In this document: positions 49,658 to 60,627 of the stretch, one piece after another | Layout of the letters: each line of letters opens with the position of its first letter | Numbering within the stretch: position 1 is the stretch's first letter | Source: Adineta vaga | Lineage: Eukaryota > Animalia > Rotifera | Length of the DNA: 64,000 bases | Assembly: GCA_021613535.1 (NCBI GenBank) | Contig: CP075496.1 | Location: forward strand, 620,001 to 684,000 | Direction: 5' to 3' | Made by a program: the position numbers and the translations under genes | Notes under the pieces: generated by a model | What the model saw: the letters and a program-made list of their open reading frames with translations, nothing else | Databases searched by the model: none | Told to the model about the DNA's origin: nothing

Positions 49658-51304
49658 TTAAAAATAATTTTCTAAAATTTCTCCATATTTTGCTGATAAA
49701 AACATAATAGCAGCACCACTAATAATTCCAAAATTTTGTGTTAATAAAATTTTAAATTTTAAGAATCTTGTAACTGGTTTTCTTTGCATTAAACAATCTT
49801 GTTCAATTTCATTTCCCATTGATATTAATTCTGGAATCTACAAGAGAGAAGAGATGAAAAAGAACTCAAGAAAAAATAAAGAAAATTTTTACCATATTTA
49901 CTAAACCAATATAAACAAACATTCCTCCAGCTAAAGCACAAATCCATGAATGAACATTTTCTAATTCTCCTAATTTCGCTCCAAGAAAAAATCCCGGATA
50001 AATTCCACAAGCCGACAAAAAATTCATGAAAAGAGCTTGTTTTATTGTCAGACCACTACTTAATAAAATCGCTGTATCACCTAAAATTCATTTTTTTTAA
50101 ACACAAAATCTTCTTCTCTTAAAATCTATTCTTACCAAGTTTATGAGAAAATTCTTCACAAATAATTGAAACAGTCATACGAAGACAATTACTAACTGAA
50201 ACCATTGCAATTGCACCAATTGTTAATCCATCAATAAGACCATGAAGTGAATCACTAACTAATATCATCCATCCAATTGGTTTCATTAATCGTAAATTTT
50301 CTCTTAAACTTCTCGTATTTTTTTGATGAAGAATTGGCTAAAATTGAAATAATCAATTCAATTAGCAAATCTTCGGGTTTTTTTTTCTTCAAAATTTACT
50401 GAAATATCTTCTGCATGATCATGTGTTGGAATTGTCTAAATTAAAAGAAAGAGTTGAATAGAAAAAAAAACGAAGAGAAATAACAAACCGTTTGAATATG
50501 AAAAAAGATATTTGATAATTGATCACGCATAAAATATAAATAAATAACAATTAAACCAATCAGACCTTTTGTTACAAATGAAGAATCTTTATCATAAGAT
50601 TCAACATCAAATGCCTTGAAAGAATAAACAATATAATTCAATGAAAAGAATCAAAATATTTTACCATTGGAATAAGATGAAATATTCCTGTTCCAAGAAG
50701 TGTTCCAACCGCTAATTAATTTTCAATATTTTATCATAAATTACATCAAATCTTTCTTACCTAAACCAATAAATGTTGATAAAATCCATTTAAAAGTTGT
50801 TTTATTTCGAAATGGTAAAATAATTGCACCAAATAAAGCTGTTAAATTGATAATTACGACCGAAATTAAACCAATAAAAAAATCTTTGAAAAATAAAAAC
50901 AAAATTTTTCTCTTCTTTTTCAAATTCTAATAAAAACAAAACAAACGTTTCCATTTTGATGTTTCTTTTGATTTGTGACATGATTGATTAAATTTCATTG
51001 TTGCTAAGATTGGCATGAAATGTTGAACATCTTCTTCTGTTATATCAGAAGTTGAATTTAATTTCTCAAGAATTTCATTTGATGGAGAAAAACACTAAAA
51101 TTCAATTTAATTTTCAAAGAAATCAAAAACAAAACAAAGTTTTACTTGATTATTATTTAATTTATCATAAAGAGTTTTTAAATTTGAATGATTTTTCAAA
51201 TATGAATAGAGAAGATTTTCTTCATAATGAATTAATTTTGTATTTTTTGTTAAAACGCAATTCCATCCAATAAGAATAATTAATAAAACAATCGTTTTCA
51301 TCAT
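49658..51304 (-). CDS. ZIP (SLC39, LIV-1 subfamily, ZIP8/14-like) metal transporter, multi-exon
   Basis: Signal peptide, GTLLGTGIFHLIP.AF, IGWMILVSDSLHGLIDGLTIGA, CEEFSHKLGDTAILLSSG, ALAGGMFVYIGL, QNFGIISG. Confidence 0.88.
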
Positions 51305-51365
51305 CTAAAATATTCATTCGTTTGAAATTTTTCATTTTTTAATAAAAAGTAAAAAAAAAAGACGA

Positions 51366-51515
51366 CGAAGGTGTCGAGATATCTAAATGAAGATTGAATG
51401 AATCGATAATAAGCATAACATTTATATATAACATTTGATCATTATTATATCAACGTTCGTTTCATTTCGATTTTTTTTCTCTCATCGGATCTCATGCGTG
51501 AAAAACACGAGTGAC
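51366..51515 (+). repeat. Left copy of a diverged direct repeat bracketing the 51.5-59.3 kb island
   Basis: TTGAATGAATCGATAATAAGCAT...TATTATATCAACGTTCGT...GATCTCATG(C/T)GTGAA(A/G)AACACGAG occurs here and again at 59506-59620 in the same orientation. Confidence 0.8.
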
Positions 51516-51619
51516 AAATACATTTGGAATATTTAACCAGAATATGATAAGAATATGAAATAATATGATTTTATTTTCGAGTTTAGAAAAAAAACACTTT
51601 TTGTTCATTTCAGATACAT

Positions 51620-52565
51620 CTATTGAGTATTATTAGAAATGACTTTTTGATTTATGTTTTGGATAAAATCATCAGCGCTATCAAAAACAGGTTTCCAATA
51701 TTGATTCATATTTTGATTCAGCGATTCATTGAATTGTCTTCGTATAGGTTCTACATCTTGTTTGTCACGAATAGCTGTCCAGATATTTTCAATATATTGT
51801 TCATATTTCGTTAATATATCATCCAATGATTCTTCCATGCGCTTGGCAATTTCCGTACTTAATCTCAATAATTCTCTATAATTTTCTGAACGAATTCGAT
51901 AAGTCTCTGGATCTTCCTGTTCCATTGCAGGATTTGGTCTTGCTGAAAGTATTGTTTGTTGAAAGTTCTCAATGTTTTCCAATAGCTCACGTTTAAAATT
52001 CTCCAAATTATTCGTGACATATTGTTCAATATCCTTGTCTGCTACTTCAGATGTTGAATTTTTACTTCGAATCCAATTCATGATTTTATTACCACCAGAT
52101 GATGCTCGTTCTTGTAATCTGAGAATTAATGTTGGAAGTTTTTTCTCATTTTGATCTTGAACTATTGTTAGAGTCCTCTACAAGAAAAAACACATTTAGA
52201 AAAATACCTTGTTAATAACGACAGTTTTATTGTCTTACGATTTTCAACAGAATTTTGGTAGCCTTTCCTCTTACATCACGCATAAGAATATTATATGAAT
52301 AGGACTCCGATATTATTTAGATTAACTTGTGAGAATCGGAAAAAACTTAAGATGGGATTAGAGATCTTTTTTAAATTAAATCTATTAACATTTACTCACG
52401 AAGTACAAAAGAACACTAGAAAACAACTTACGCTAGCGTAGTTTTGATTAGTAGCTTGATTTGACGATGACGGTTCTTTCTACAAAAAAATATATCAATA
52501 TTAAGAATGAACAATAAAATGCTTCTTAATACCTGAGAATCTCCAGCTGAATTTTGAGAAGCCAT
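51620..52565 (-). CDS. Gene B: unknown all-helical protein (exons 52565-52533, 52479-52432, 52177-51620)
   Basis: Phase-0 GT-AG introns and a clear paralog at 57936-58721 with the same exon structure (NLENF.REL..NIE.FQQ..LSARPNPAM...RMEESL.DILT.YEQYIE.IW.AI). Confidence 0.85.
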
Positions 52566-52664
52566 TTTGTCAATAAAATCGATCTGAAACACAAAAGTAA
52601 TTAAGCCTAGAAGCATAGAATCTGGTTTTATTTATGTGGAATAATGTTTATAGAAATGAATCAA

Positions 52665-53102
52665 TTAGAAAAAAAGTCTAATGACAGTTCTGAAAGCATT
52701 TTGAATTTTTTCAAGAATGCGATCAACTTCTTCACAGATCCATTCGATAATTTCTCGAACAATATCGAGTACTTTATCAAATATATTTCGAATCCAACCT
52801 CGAAGTCTCTCCATGCCTTCGTCTGCATATCGAAGAAGTTCACGGTAATCATCCTTTTCTTTTTGTGAAGCATTTGAATCAGGTCGTCTACTAAGAATTC
52901 GACTTTTAATCCCGTCAAGACGATCGAGGGTAGCATTTTTTGTTTCATTCACTGGCCGGATAAATTCAGCTTCTTCATCGCTGAATCGGTTTCTAGTCTT
53001 TGCTTGTTGCGCCATCGATGTCATTGTATTCTGCAGTCTATCAATACTCTCTGAAGTATTGCTTTTGAAATCTGCTGTTGCTTCATCAAATATTGAGGCC
53101 AT
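52665..53102 (-). CDS. Gene A: 145-aa unknown helical protein with a long amphipathic C-terminus
   Basis: Single coding exon, ungapped paralog at 57392-57829, and a 5'UTR intron (GTAAGT at 53152, AG|ACCATG). Confidence 0.85.
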   Translation of the reverse strand: MASIFDEATADFKSNTSESIDRLQNTMTSMAQQAKTRNRFSDEEAEFIRPVNETKNATLDRLDGIKSRILSRRPDSNASQKEKDDYRELLRYADEGMERLRGWIRNIFDKVLDIVREIIEWICEEVDRILEKIQNAFRTVIRLFF

Positions 53103-53199
53103 GGTCTTAAAATATATATACTATATTGTACATTCAAAAGTTCCAAACTTACTTTGTATCGTAGAATAAAATTCAATTGGAAAATGTTGGTTGACAAGA

Positions 53200-53230
53200 T
53201 TAATGATTTGAAGAACGTGTTTTTTTATAT
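53200..53230 (-). promoter_or_regulatory. Candidate core promoter of the A-B unit (TATAAAA followed by TCATT)
   Basis: The minus strand reads TATAAAAAAACACGTTCTTCAAATCATT, about 50 nt before the 5'UTR donor. Confidence 0.4.
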
Positions 53231-53405
53231 CACAATAAATAAATAACAAAAGTTTTCGTGGATTCAGTTGAATGGAAAAATCTGTAATAGAGATTTTCAA
53301 CAGACATCTGTGCCATCAAAATCTGTTATCTGACGTGAATATTTCAAAATAACACAGTCAAGATATACTATTTAATGCTTCTAACGAATAATAATTCGTC
53401 ATTTC

Positions 53406-53899
53406 TAGGAGTACACATAGTTCAGTTCACGAACCGGTTCAAATGAGCTGAAGAACTGGTCACAACAGTTCAGTTCGCATGAACTGAACTTTGCAAACAG
53501 ATCACCAGAAAGAGCTGAACCTACTTCAACGGTTCAGTTTAAGTGAACTAAACTAAATTGACAGTTCAGGTGAACGAACTGAACCTTTTGAACAGTTCGC
53601 CTCATACGAACCGAATTTTATCAAGAATTCTTTTCGTAAAAACTCTTCGAAATTATTCCCAAAACCGAACAATATTACTCAATACCCGGACGTACAGTTC
53701 CCAAAATAGAATAAAACTGTTCTGTTCTGGGAATTATACTTCCGGGTATTAAGCAGTATTGTTCTGTTTCAGAAATAGCTTCGCAGAGCTCTTACGAAAA
53801 GAATTCTTGATAGAATTTCGTTCGTATGAGCTGAACTGTTCAAAAGGTTCAGTTCGTTCAGACGAGCTGTTTGCGCAGTTCAGTTTATGTGTACTCCTA
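53406..53899. mobile_element. hAT-like MITE
   Basis: TIR TAGGAGTACACATA / TATGTGTACTCCTA, 8-bp TSD GTCATTTC / GTCATTTA, many GTTCAGTTC/GAACTGAAC subterminal repeats and a long internal palindrome (about 53570-53860). Confidence 0.85.
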
Positions 53900-54254
53900 G
53901 TCATTTACTAATATTTGCTTTTTTCTTCTTGTATTTTGTATAATCATTATAAATTACACTATTCTCTAATGAGTAACCACGTAGGATATCCTAGTATAAG
54001 ATTCGTGTTTTTTCTACTGAGATTCATCTGACGACCGATTCGAAGTAGATCTCGACGAGCTCTATTGATTTCAAATATTGCTTTTCTCAATACCTCTTTC
54101 TAGACTCCTGAAAAACTCAACATCTTCCAGAATACTTAAAGATGTGGATGAGTGCGAAGGAGCCATAGATATACTTACACACACCTTATCTGGAAATGAA
54201 GCTGATTCAGAGCATTACAGTCGACTGCGTGTTATATAGGGACAACGAGTGATT

Positions 54255-54550
54255 GTATATTATGTAAGTTAAGAAAGGAAAATACCAGACTTCGCCCAAG
54301 GCTAATGTGAAATTACCTATCATATTGCAACACACAAAGAAATGAATACAGGAAGAAAACATAAAAGAGCAACCTGGACGGCATCATTAATAACTATGTT
54401 TTTTCCCCTTGTATCACATATTTTTCGACATAATTATTTTATGTTACTTCTGTATTTATTTATCTGTCTATGAGTAACACGGTAGTAATTTCCTAATGAT
54501 TTTGTGTCGAAGATTATGGTATTTTCTTTTCTTAGTTCACGTCATATATA
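54255..54550. repeat. Old degenerate foldback element
   Basis: TAAGAAAGGAAAATACCA...GAAATTAC...AATACAG...AACATAAAA is mirrored by TTTTATGTT...CTGTATT...GTAATTTC...TGGTATTTTCTTTTCTTA. Confidence 0.55.
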
Positions 54551-54810
54551 ATAACGCGATGTTTCTATTTAAAATGTCGTTGATTTTAACATTTCGAATA
54601 ACCAAGGAAACAGTATCCATACATTGACATATTCCGCAAAATCTAACGATGAAAATCAAAATGGAAACAAGCAATCAGGACAATAAACAATGTCCAAATC
54701 TATTCATAATTAAACTGGCAGTGGTAATGCCACTAATGGACAAACTGTAAGTAAAAGTAAATTACTCTTTTCTGCCGAATTTTTCTCATGATTTAAAATA
54801 ACTACTACTA

Positions 54811-56600
54811 CCCATAACGGAAAAATATTTAAGTCGCTACCGCTGAAGGACGCGATTGTGTCTTGAAAGATCGCGGTCCGCAAAATAAACCGCACTTGAC
54901 CGCGGTGTTTTTTATCGCAATATCGATTTAGCACCGTAAACTAGAACGAAACCGCGATGTTCACACCGTTGAATATCGCGGTTTCAGAAAAGCTTGATAA
55001 GACATAGATTAGTTGCGGTATTTGAGAATCACCATACATTACGATATTAAATTTTGCGAACTTTCTATTACAAACCGCTATCTCCTCATTATGTACGAAG
55101 ATATCATTGTTCTAAATGATTTCGTGTTAGTAATATGGTCATATTTTTTATGTGATTTTTGTCATAATGATATATCACAACAATTTCCATTCATATAATC
55201 ACAGTTAAATTTAAAAAAAGATATTTCTGATTGAAGTTAGACTCAGCTTTTTTCCATTGACTAATGAAATGAGATGAGATAAAAAGACTAGTTCTGTAAG
55301 TCAAATTGTGAAGAAATTATTAAACTAAATTCAAATAGACGTTATAGATTAATCTAATATTATATTGAGTGAAAATAGACATGAATACATCTTAAAGATA
55401 CTCAGGCAGACAAAATCGATAAAAAAAACGCGATTCACGAGAAAAAAACAACGTTCTTATGTTGGTTTTTTCTAACGAAACCTTTATTGACCACGTTACA
55501 AAATACACTTTCGTGTGCGTTCAAACGTTGTTATTACCTATTTTCTGTCGGGAAGAAAAAACATCGTTTATACAGGTACAAAAGTGTATTTTTTAGCACG
55601 GTAAATATACGTTTTGTTGGAAAAAAAACAATATAAGAACGTGGTTTTTTTCTCGCGAATCGTGTTTTTTTATCGATTTTGTCTGTCTGGGTATTAGTCA
55701 TATTTCGTTAAGATGATCATTTGTGACAATATGGTTATGAGATAGTAAAAGTTCAGAGATAAAAATAGACACAAATCTGTTTTTTCGACTGATGGAATCA
55801 AGATAAGTCTACCAAATAGTATTCTCATGCGTTCTGACGTACAAACCTACATATAGGCAGAACTGTAATAATATTTAAAATAGTTAGACTTTGTCGTAAC
55901 ACATGATAATGCAGTTCATCAACTAAAGATACTCATGAATGTACATTTGTCTCCAGAAATGATTCTATTTGAATAGATTGTGTTTATAGTTTAATCATCA
56001 TGACTATGAGTGATAAATAAGATTTTATATATATCCCGTATAGCACATCATCAACATGAATATCTCAGAAAATTTAATAAAATTATAAATGAGATATAAA
56101 TTATTAGGAATTATAAGATTCTTATAAATCCACTAATAAATGAAAAATATCAATCTAAATGAGAAGATATTTTATCGCTGATGAGATAAGGCTATCATAT
56201 CTGATATTAGTATGAACATCACCGGACGGTTAAATGGAATTAGTGGATTGCAATCACTCGATAAGAAGTTCGAATCTAATCAGAAGAAAATAAATAAAAA
56301 ATAGATAATGGTATTTAATGAATTGATCGAAGTGTTAAAGTATCATCTTAAGATAATGAATAGGTTACAAACATAGAAAAGTTAAAGATTACCACATAGA
56401 TGTCAGAAATAATATACCATCAATATGATGAATGTTTTTTTAAAAACCGTTAATAACCACGGTTTGAACATACGACGGTTTCGGGCGGTGTAGAAAAACC
56501 TAATAAAAGGTCTGCCTTTTTCGGTACAAAATCACGGTTCAAAACCGCAAGTAATAAACCGTTAATTACCGCGGTATTTATTGAAAAAATTTCCCGTGGG
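54811..56600. mobile_element. Possible non-autonomous CMC/EnSpm-like element in the intron of gene C
   Basis: Ends CCCATAACGGAAAAAT and ATTTCCCGTGGG, with clusters of ACCGCGG/AACCG subterminal repeats at 54835-54985 and 56445-56580. Confidence 0.4.
55401..55691. mobile_element. MITE with about 110-bp TIRs and TA flanks (C(T/C)CAG.CAGAC ends), nested in the previous element
   Basis: TA|CTCAGGCAGACAAAATCGATAAAAAAA versus TTTTTTATCGATTTTGTCTGTCTGGG|TA. Confidence 0.8.
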
Positions 56601-57391
56601 ACATTATGTATTCTTGTTTTATTGCAAAAAAGAATCGAATACACATAGAACGGTGTTTATGAACGAATTATTAAATACAACTTTATTCTAGCAAGTTTTG
56701 AAACTCATTGAACAAGTTAAACAACATTTACCAACTCTAATCTTTACATTAAAAAAGAAATCGATAGAAGAACAAGAAACATATATACTTCAAAATGTGG
56801 ATTCATTTCGTGACATGATTCTGAAACTTATTGAAGAGTTAAAAGAGCTTGTTTTGAGTGTACGTCCATCATCTGATACTATCAATGAACCCAACTACGA
56901 AGAACACAAAACAGCATATGGAGAATTACTCAAACTTGGAACAGCACTAATGGTCAGAATGGAAGATATTCTTAATAAAGTATTCGATGAATATATAAAG
57001 TTTCTTAATGAAGTAAGCCAAACAATTCGTGCTGATAATGATTCAACAGCTATTCTCGATGATTTTAATTGCAATATAGAAATGCATTTGAAACAATGCT
57101 GGGATCCTGTGTTTACTATGGCTAAAAGCTGAAAGACGATACTAACCAATTTAAAAAATCTAGTCAGGATAAACAGTAAACTTAGATTCGTATTATCGAT
57201 TAAACAAATGAAAAACATTTCCTTTCTCTGAAGTTAACTCTGTTTTAATAATCATTAATTTGTTTTATTCTAGATTAATTTATTGCTGGTGATCAAATAA
57301 AACTTAATTTTTCTCAACAGTTTCATTAAAGAAACTATTAAGTGAGTTCGGACTTCTTGAATACACTTTATAATAGTTATATTTTAGAATA

Positions 57392-57829
57392 ATGAACTTA
57401 ACATTCGACCAAGCAGAATCAGAACTGAAAAGTTCTATCCAAAGTGATATCAAAAAATTGCAGAACAAAGTGATATCCATGGCACAGAGAGGAAGGACAA
57501 ACAACGAGTTTGCTGCCGAAGAAGCGGCCTTTATACGACAAGTTAAGCGAACGAAAGACGCTGCATCCCAACGTTGCGACGATGCGCAAAAAATAGTTAC
57601 CAGTAAACGACCTTCTCCGAATGCTCCAGAAAGAGAAAAGGAGGATTATCGTACACTTCTTCGATATGCAAATGAAGGAATGAGCAGATTACAAGTTTGG
57701 ATTACAAATATTTTTAATCAACTCATTAATATTGTCAGACAGATCGTCGATTGGATCTGGGACAGTATTGTTGACATTGGAACAAGAATCGGAAGTGCTT
57801 TTAGAGATGTGATCGATCTTTTTTTCTAA
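57392..57829 (+). CDS. Gene A': paralog of gene A (145 aa)
   Basis: Same length as A, ungapped, about 70/145 identical by hand count. 5'UTR intron GTGAGT (57342)...TTTTAG|AATAATG. Confidence 0.85.
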   Translation: MNLTFDQAESELKSSIQSDIKKLQNKVISMAQRGRTNNEFAAEEAAFIRQVKRTKDAASQRCDDAQKIVTSKRPSPNAPEREKEDYRTLLRYANEGMSRLQVWITNIFNQLINIVRQIVDWIWDSIVDIGTRIGSAFRDVIDLFF

Positions 57830-57935
57830 AATATAAATAATTCGATACACATTTCACACGAATACAATGATCCCTTATTGTATTATTAAATTTTATTGTT
57901 TTGTCTTATATTCTAGATCGATTTTTATTTATAAT

Positions 57936-58721
57936 ATGGCTTCTCGAAATTATCAAGTAATAAAAATATATTATTTATTAGTTTTGACTTTTATTCTTGA
58001 AATCATTTGTTTAGAAAGAATTATCATCGACGAATCGACCTCAAACTACTAATCATCAAGGTTATGCCACTGTAAGTCATTTAACACGTTTACTGGATTA
58101 CAAAGAATGACATTATACTTACATTTTATTCACAAATACTTTGATATCGTTTTTATTTTCTTTTAGAAAACTTTAACAATAATCGAAGAGCAAAATCAAA
58201 AAAAAATTCCAACATTGATTCTAAAATTACAAAAAGAAACACCATCTAGTGGCAGTAGGATCAAGAATTTCTTTCAACGTAGACGAGTAAAATCTACTGG
58301 ATTCTCAGAAAACGAACTTGAAGAACATATCCATGCTAATCTGGAAAATTTTAATAGAGAACTATCGAGAAATATAGAAGACTTTCAACAAATTGTTCTT
58401 TCGGCACGACCAAATCCGGCAATGCAAGATCGAGATCCAGAAGGATATCGAATTCATGCCGACAATTACAAACAGTTTTTAAACTTAGCTACTGAAATTA
58501 TCAAGCGTATGGAGGAATCATTGAATGATATATTAACACAATATGAGCAATATATCGAAAGTATCTGGATAGCTATTTGTCAAAAACAAGATATACGAGT
58601 CGTTCAAAGACAGTTTGATCAAGCTATAAAGGACAATATGAATCGACACTGGAACCCGGTTTTTAATCGTGCTGATCGTTTGATTGAAGACATCAATTCA
58701 ACAACTAATTCGAAGTATTAA
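57936..58721 (+). CDS. Gene B': paralog of gene B (exons 57936-57956, 58015-58071, 58167-58721)
   Basis: Same three-exon, phase-0 structure and the same motifs as B. Confidence 0.85.
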
Positions 58722-59263
58722 ATAGATATGTTCTGATTGAAAGACATTGTTTCATTTTTAAACAGGAAAATAAAGCATATTGAACATATATCAGAAATCA
58801 CTACTGATTACTTAAAGATTTAGGAATGAGTCAGAAAGCACACAGTTATCACGATTTCGATATAGCGTGTGGGTACATCAGACGGCTTAGTGGAGTGTAT
58901 GACTTTGAAGTAAAAAGTAATAACCACTTTACCGTTCATACAAAATATCTAATGAAGAGCTTGAATTTTGTTTTTCGGCACTTGCGTCATGTAGAGTCAT
59001 GTGAATTTGTGTTATTTTTCGTTTCTATCATGTTATTGTCATAAGAAAAAATGTAATGAATAATATTTAAGTCTACTAGATTATATGTGTTTCTTCATTC
59101 ACTTTCGCGAAAGTAAAATGATAGATCTCATGTTTGTGGCAACCATGTTAGCTAATCGTGTTGTGAAAAAATATTATTTATAACATACTTCATTAATTCA
59201 GAGGAAAAATTTGTTTTTTAAATTTCATCTTTTTTTCTTGATAATCAGTTGACGTAAAAGAAC

Positions 59264-59626
59264 AAAAGTATCGAAATATATTGATGAAGCGAGAATACTT
59301 CCTATTCCGCGATGTTGCACATTCCGGAATCAGTTCCAACCAATTCTCGGCATTCCCGTTCTGCTCCAATTACCAAATAAACTGAGTACCGACCAAATTC
59401 CGGAACTGGAATTAGACGGAATTCCATGGCGGAATCACTCCGCCAGTTAGAAGGAATTCCGGAATGTTCAACATCGCGGAATAGGATATGGCTGCTCGAT
59501 GAAGCTTGAATGAATCGATAATAAGCATGTCTGTCATACATAATATTTAATCACTATTATATCAACGTTCGTCTCGTTCCTTCTCGTTTTCTCATTAGAT
59601 CTCATGTGTGAAGAACACGAGAAACA
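59264..59626 (+). repeat. Right copy of the island-bracketing direct repeat (interrupted by the 59291-59497 MITE)
   Basis: After removing the MITE and one TSD, it aligns with 51366-51515. Confidence 0.75.
59291..59497. mobile_element. MITE with GAG...CTC ends and 8-bp TSD GATGAAGC (MULE-like, inferred)
   Basis: TCCTATTCCGCGATGTTG(C/A)ACATTCCGGAAT is inverted at both ends, and GATGAAGC lies at 59283-59290 and 59498-59505. Confidence 0.85.
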
Positions 59627-60013
59627 TATAGATTTCATTTATATATCAAATGATACAAATTGAATCTTTTCGTTTTTAAAACTCTTCAATCGATTAAAAT
59701 AATTATCAGAGTTAAAAAGATTAGATAGCATCAGAAATGCTTTTTGAACCTTTTGATATTTTACTGACTTTCGATAATCGATGGCATAGACAATAACCTT
59801 GGGATTTAAAATCAAAAAGGATTAGTAGATGATTGAGAAATTTATTTGAGAAAGTATTCATCTAGTTTTTAGAATTGATACTGAAGGTGAAATATCCTTT
59901 AGAAAAGATATTCGCAGCTTTTAAGAGTTAAAAATGATTCTTTGGATGATCGTTTCCGATCAAATGATTTATTGATTATTTTATTTTACAAATCTTTGTA
60001 AATAAAATGAATG

Positions 60014-60283
60014 TTATTGGGTATAATCATCGATTGATTGATCATAACGATAACTTTGATAATTTGGATCATTTGTTCTTTTATGAGCTGAAGTTATTCG
60101 ATGACATGAACAAACTCCAATGAGTGGTAATTGTTCATTAAATCGTGAACAATAAGTAATACAATAATGACTTAAATCCCAAACAAAACGACCTTCAACA
60201 ATTTCCATTTGGAGACATATTGAATATAAAGCAAGTACAAAGATAAATTTGTTAAATGAACAAGCAGAGAAGAAAATTGCCAT
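60014..60283 (-). CDS. Small secreted precursor with a 4-Cys peptide (CxxxC...GxCxC) and a KR site
   Basis: Signal-like N-terminus ending IVEG, then RFVWDLSHYCITYCSRFNEQLPLIGVCSCHRITSAHKR and an acidic tail. TATAAAA lies upstream on the minus strand (about 60368-60374). Confidence 0.65.
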   Translation of the reverse strand: MAIFFSACSFNKFIFVLALYSICLQMEIVEGRFVWDLSHYCITYCSRFNEQLPLIGVCSCHRITSAHKRTNDPNYQSYRYDQSIDDYTQ

Positions 60284-60627
60284 TTTTAATTGTAGAAAAT
60301 CCAATGAAATATTTACTCAGTTTTGATGTTGAATAATAATGAGAAGAATAAGAAAACTAATCTATGGTTTTATATAGAAATCGTGTCTTTCTTCATTTTC
60401 AAAGAAAATTAATCAAAGATGATAAAGATTTCCTCTATTTAAAAAAAGAAGAAAAAGAATCATCTCATTGATCTTTTCTTTTCTTTTCTTTTAAATAAAT
60501 GATCCTAAAATGACAAATCATTTAGATATAAAAATAGATTTTTAATTAATCCTCATTGAAATAGATAAGTACATCATCTTATTCTTTTCTTTTTTCACAA
60601 ATCAATTAATTATCAATTTCCTCATGA

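Larger units (their letters stand above)
54578..57231 (+). pseudogene. Gene C: third, more diverged member of the B family, probably decaying (putative exon about 54578-54746 with two TAA; main exon from 56692 with TGA at 57130-57132)
   Basis: LPTLIFTL, VLSVRP, Y.ELLKL.T....RMED.L...F.EY and WDPVF match B and B'. The upstream exon ends NATNGQT|GTAAGT in phase 0, like B exon 2. Confidence 0.6.

Noticed and set aside
53406-53899. Long palindrome as a structured ncRNA
   Set aside because: TIRs plus an 8-bp TSD identify it as a hAT-like MITE.
59302-59541. 79-aa minus-strand ORF
   Set aside because: It lies across a GC-richer MITE and is a by-product of that element.
51366-59626. Direct repeats as LTRs of a retroelement
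   Set aside because: No gag/pol, primer-binding site or TG...CA ends are seen, and the internal genes have introns and face both ways.
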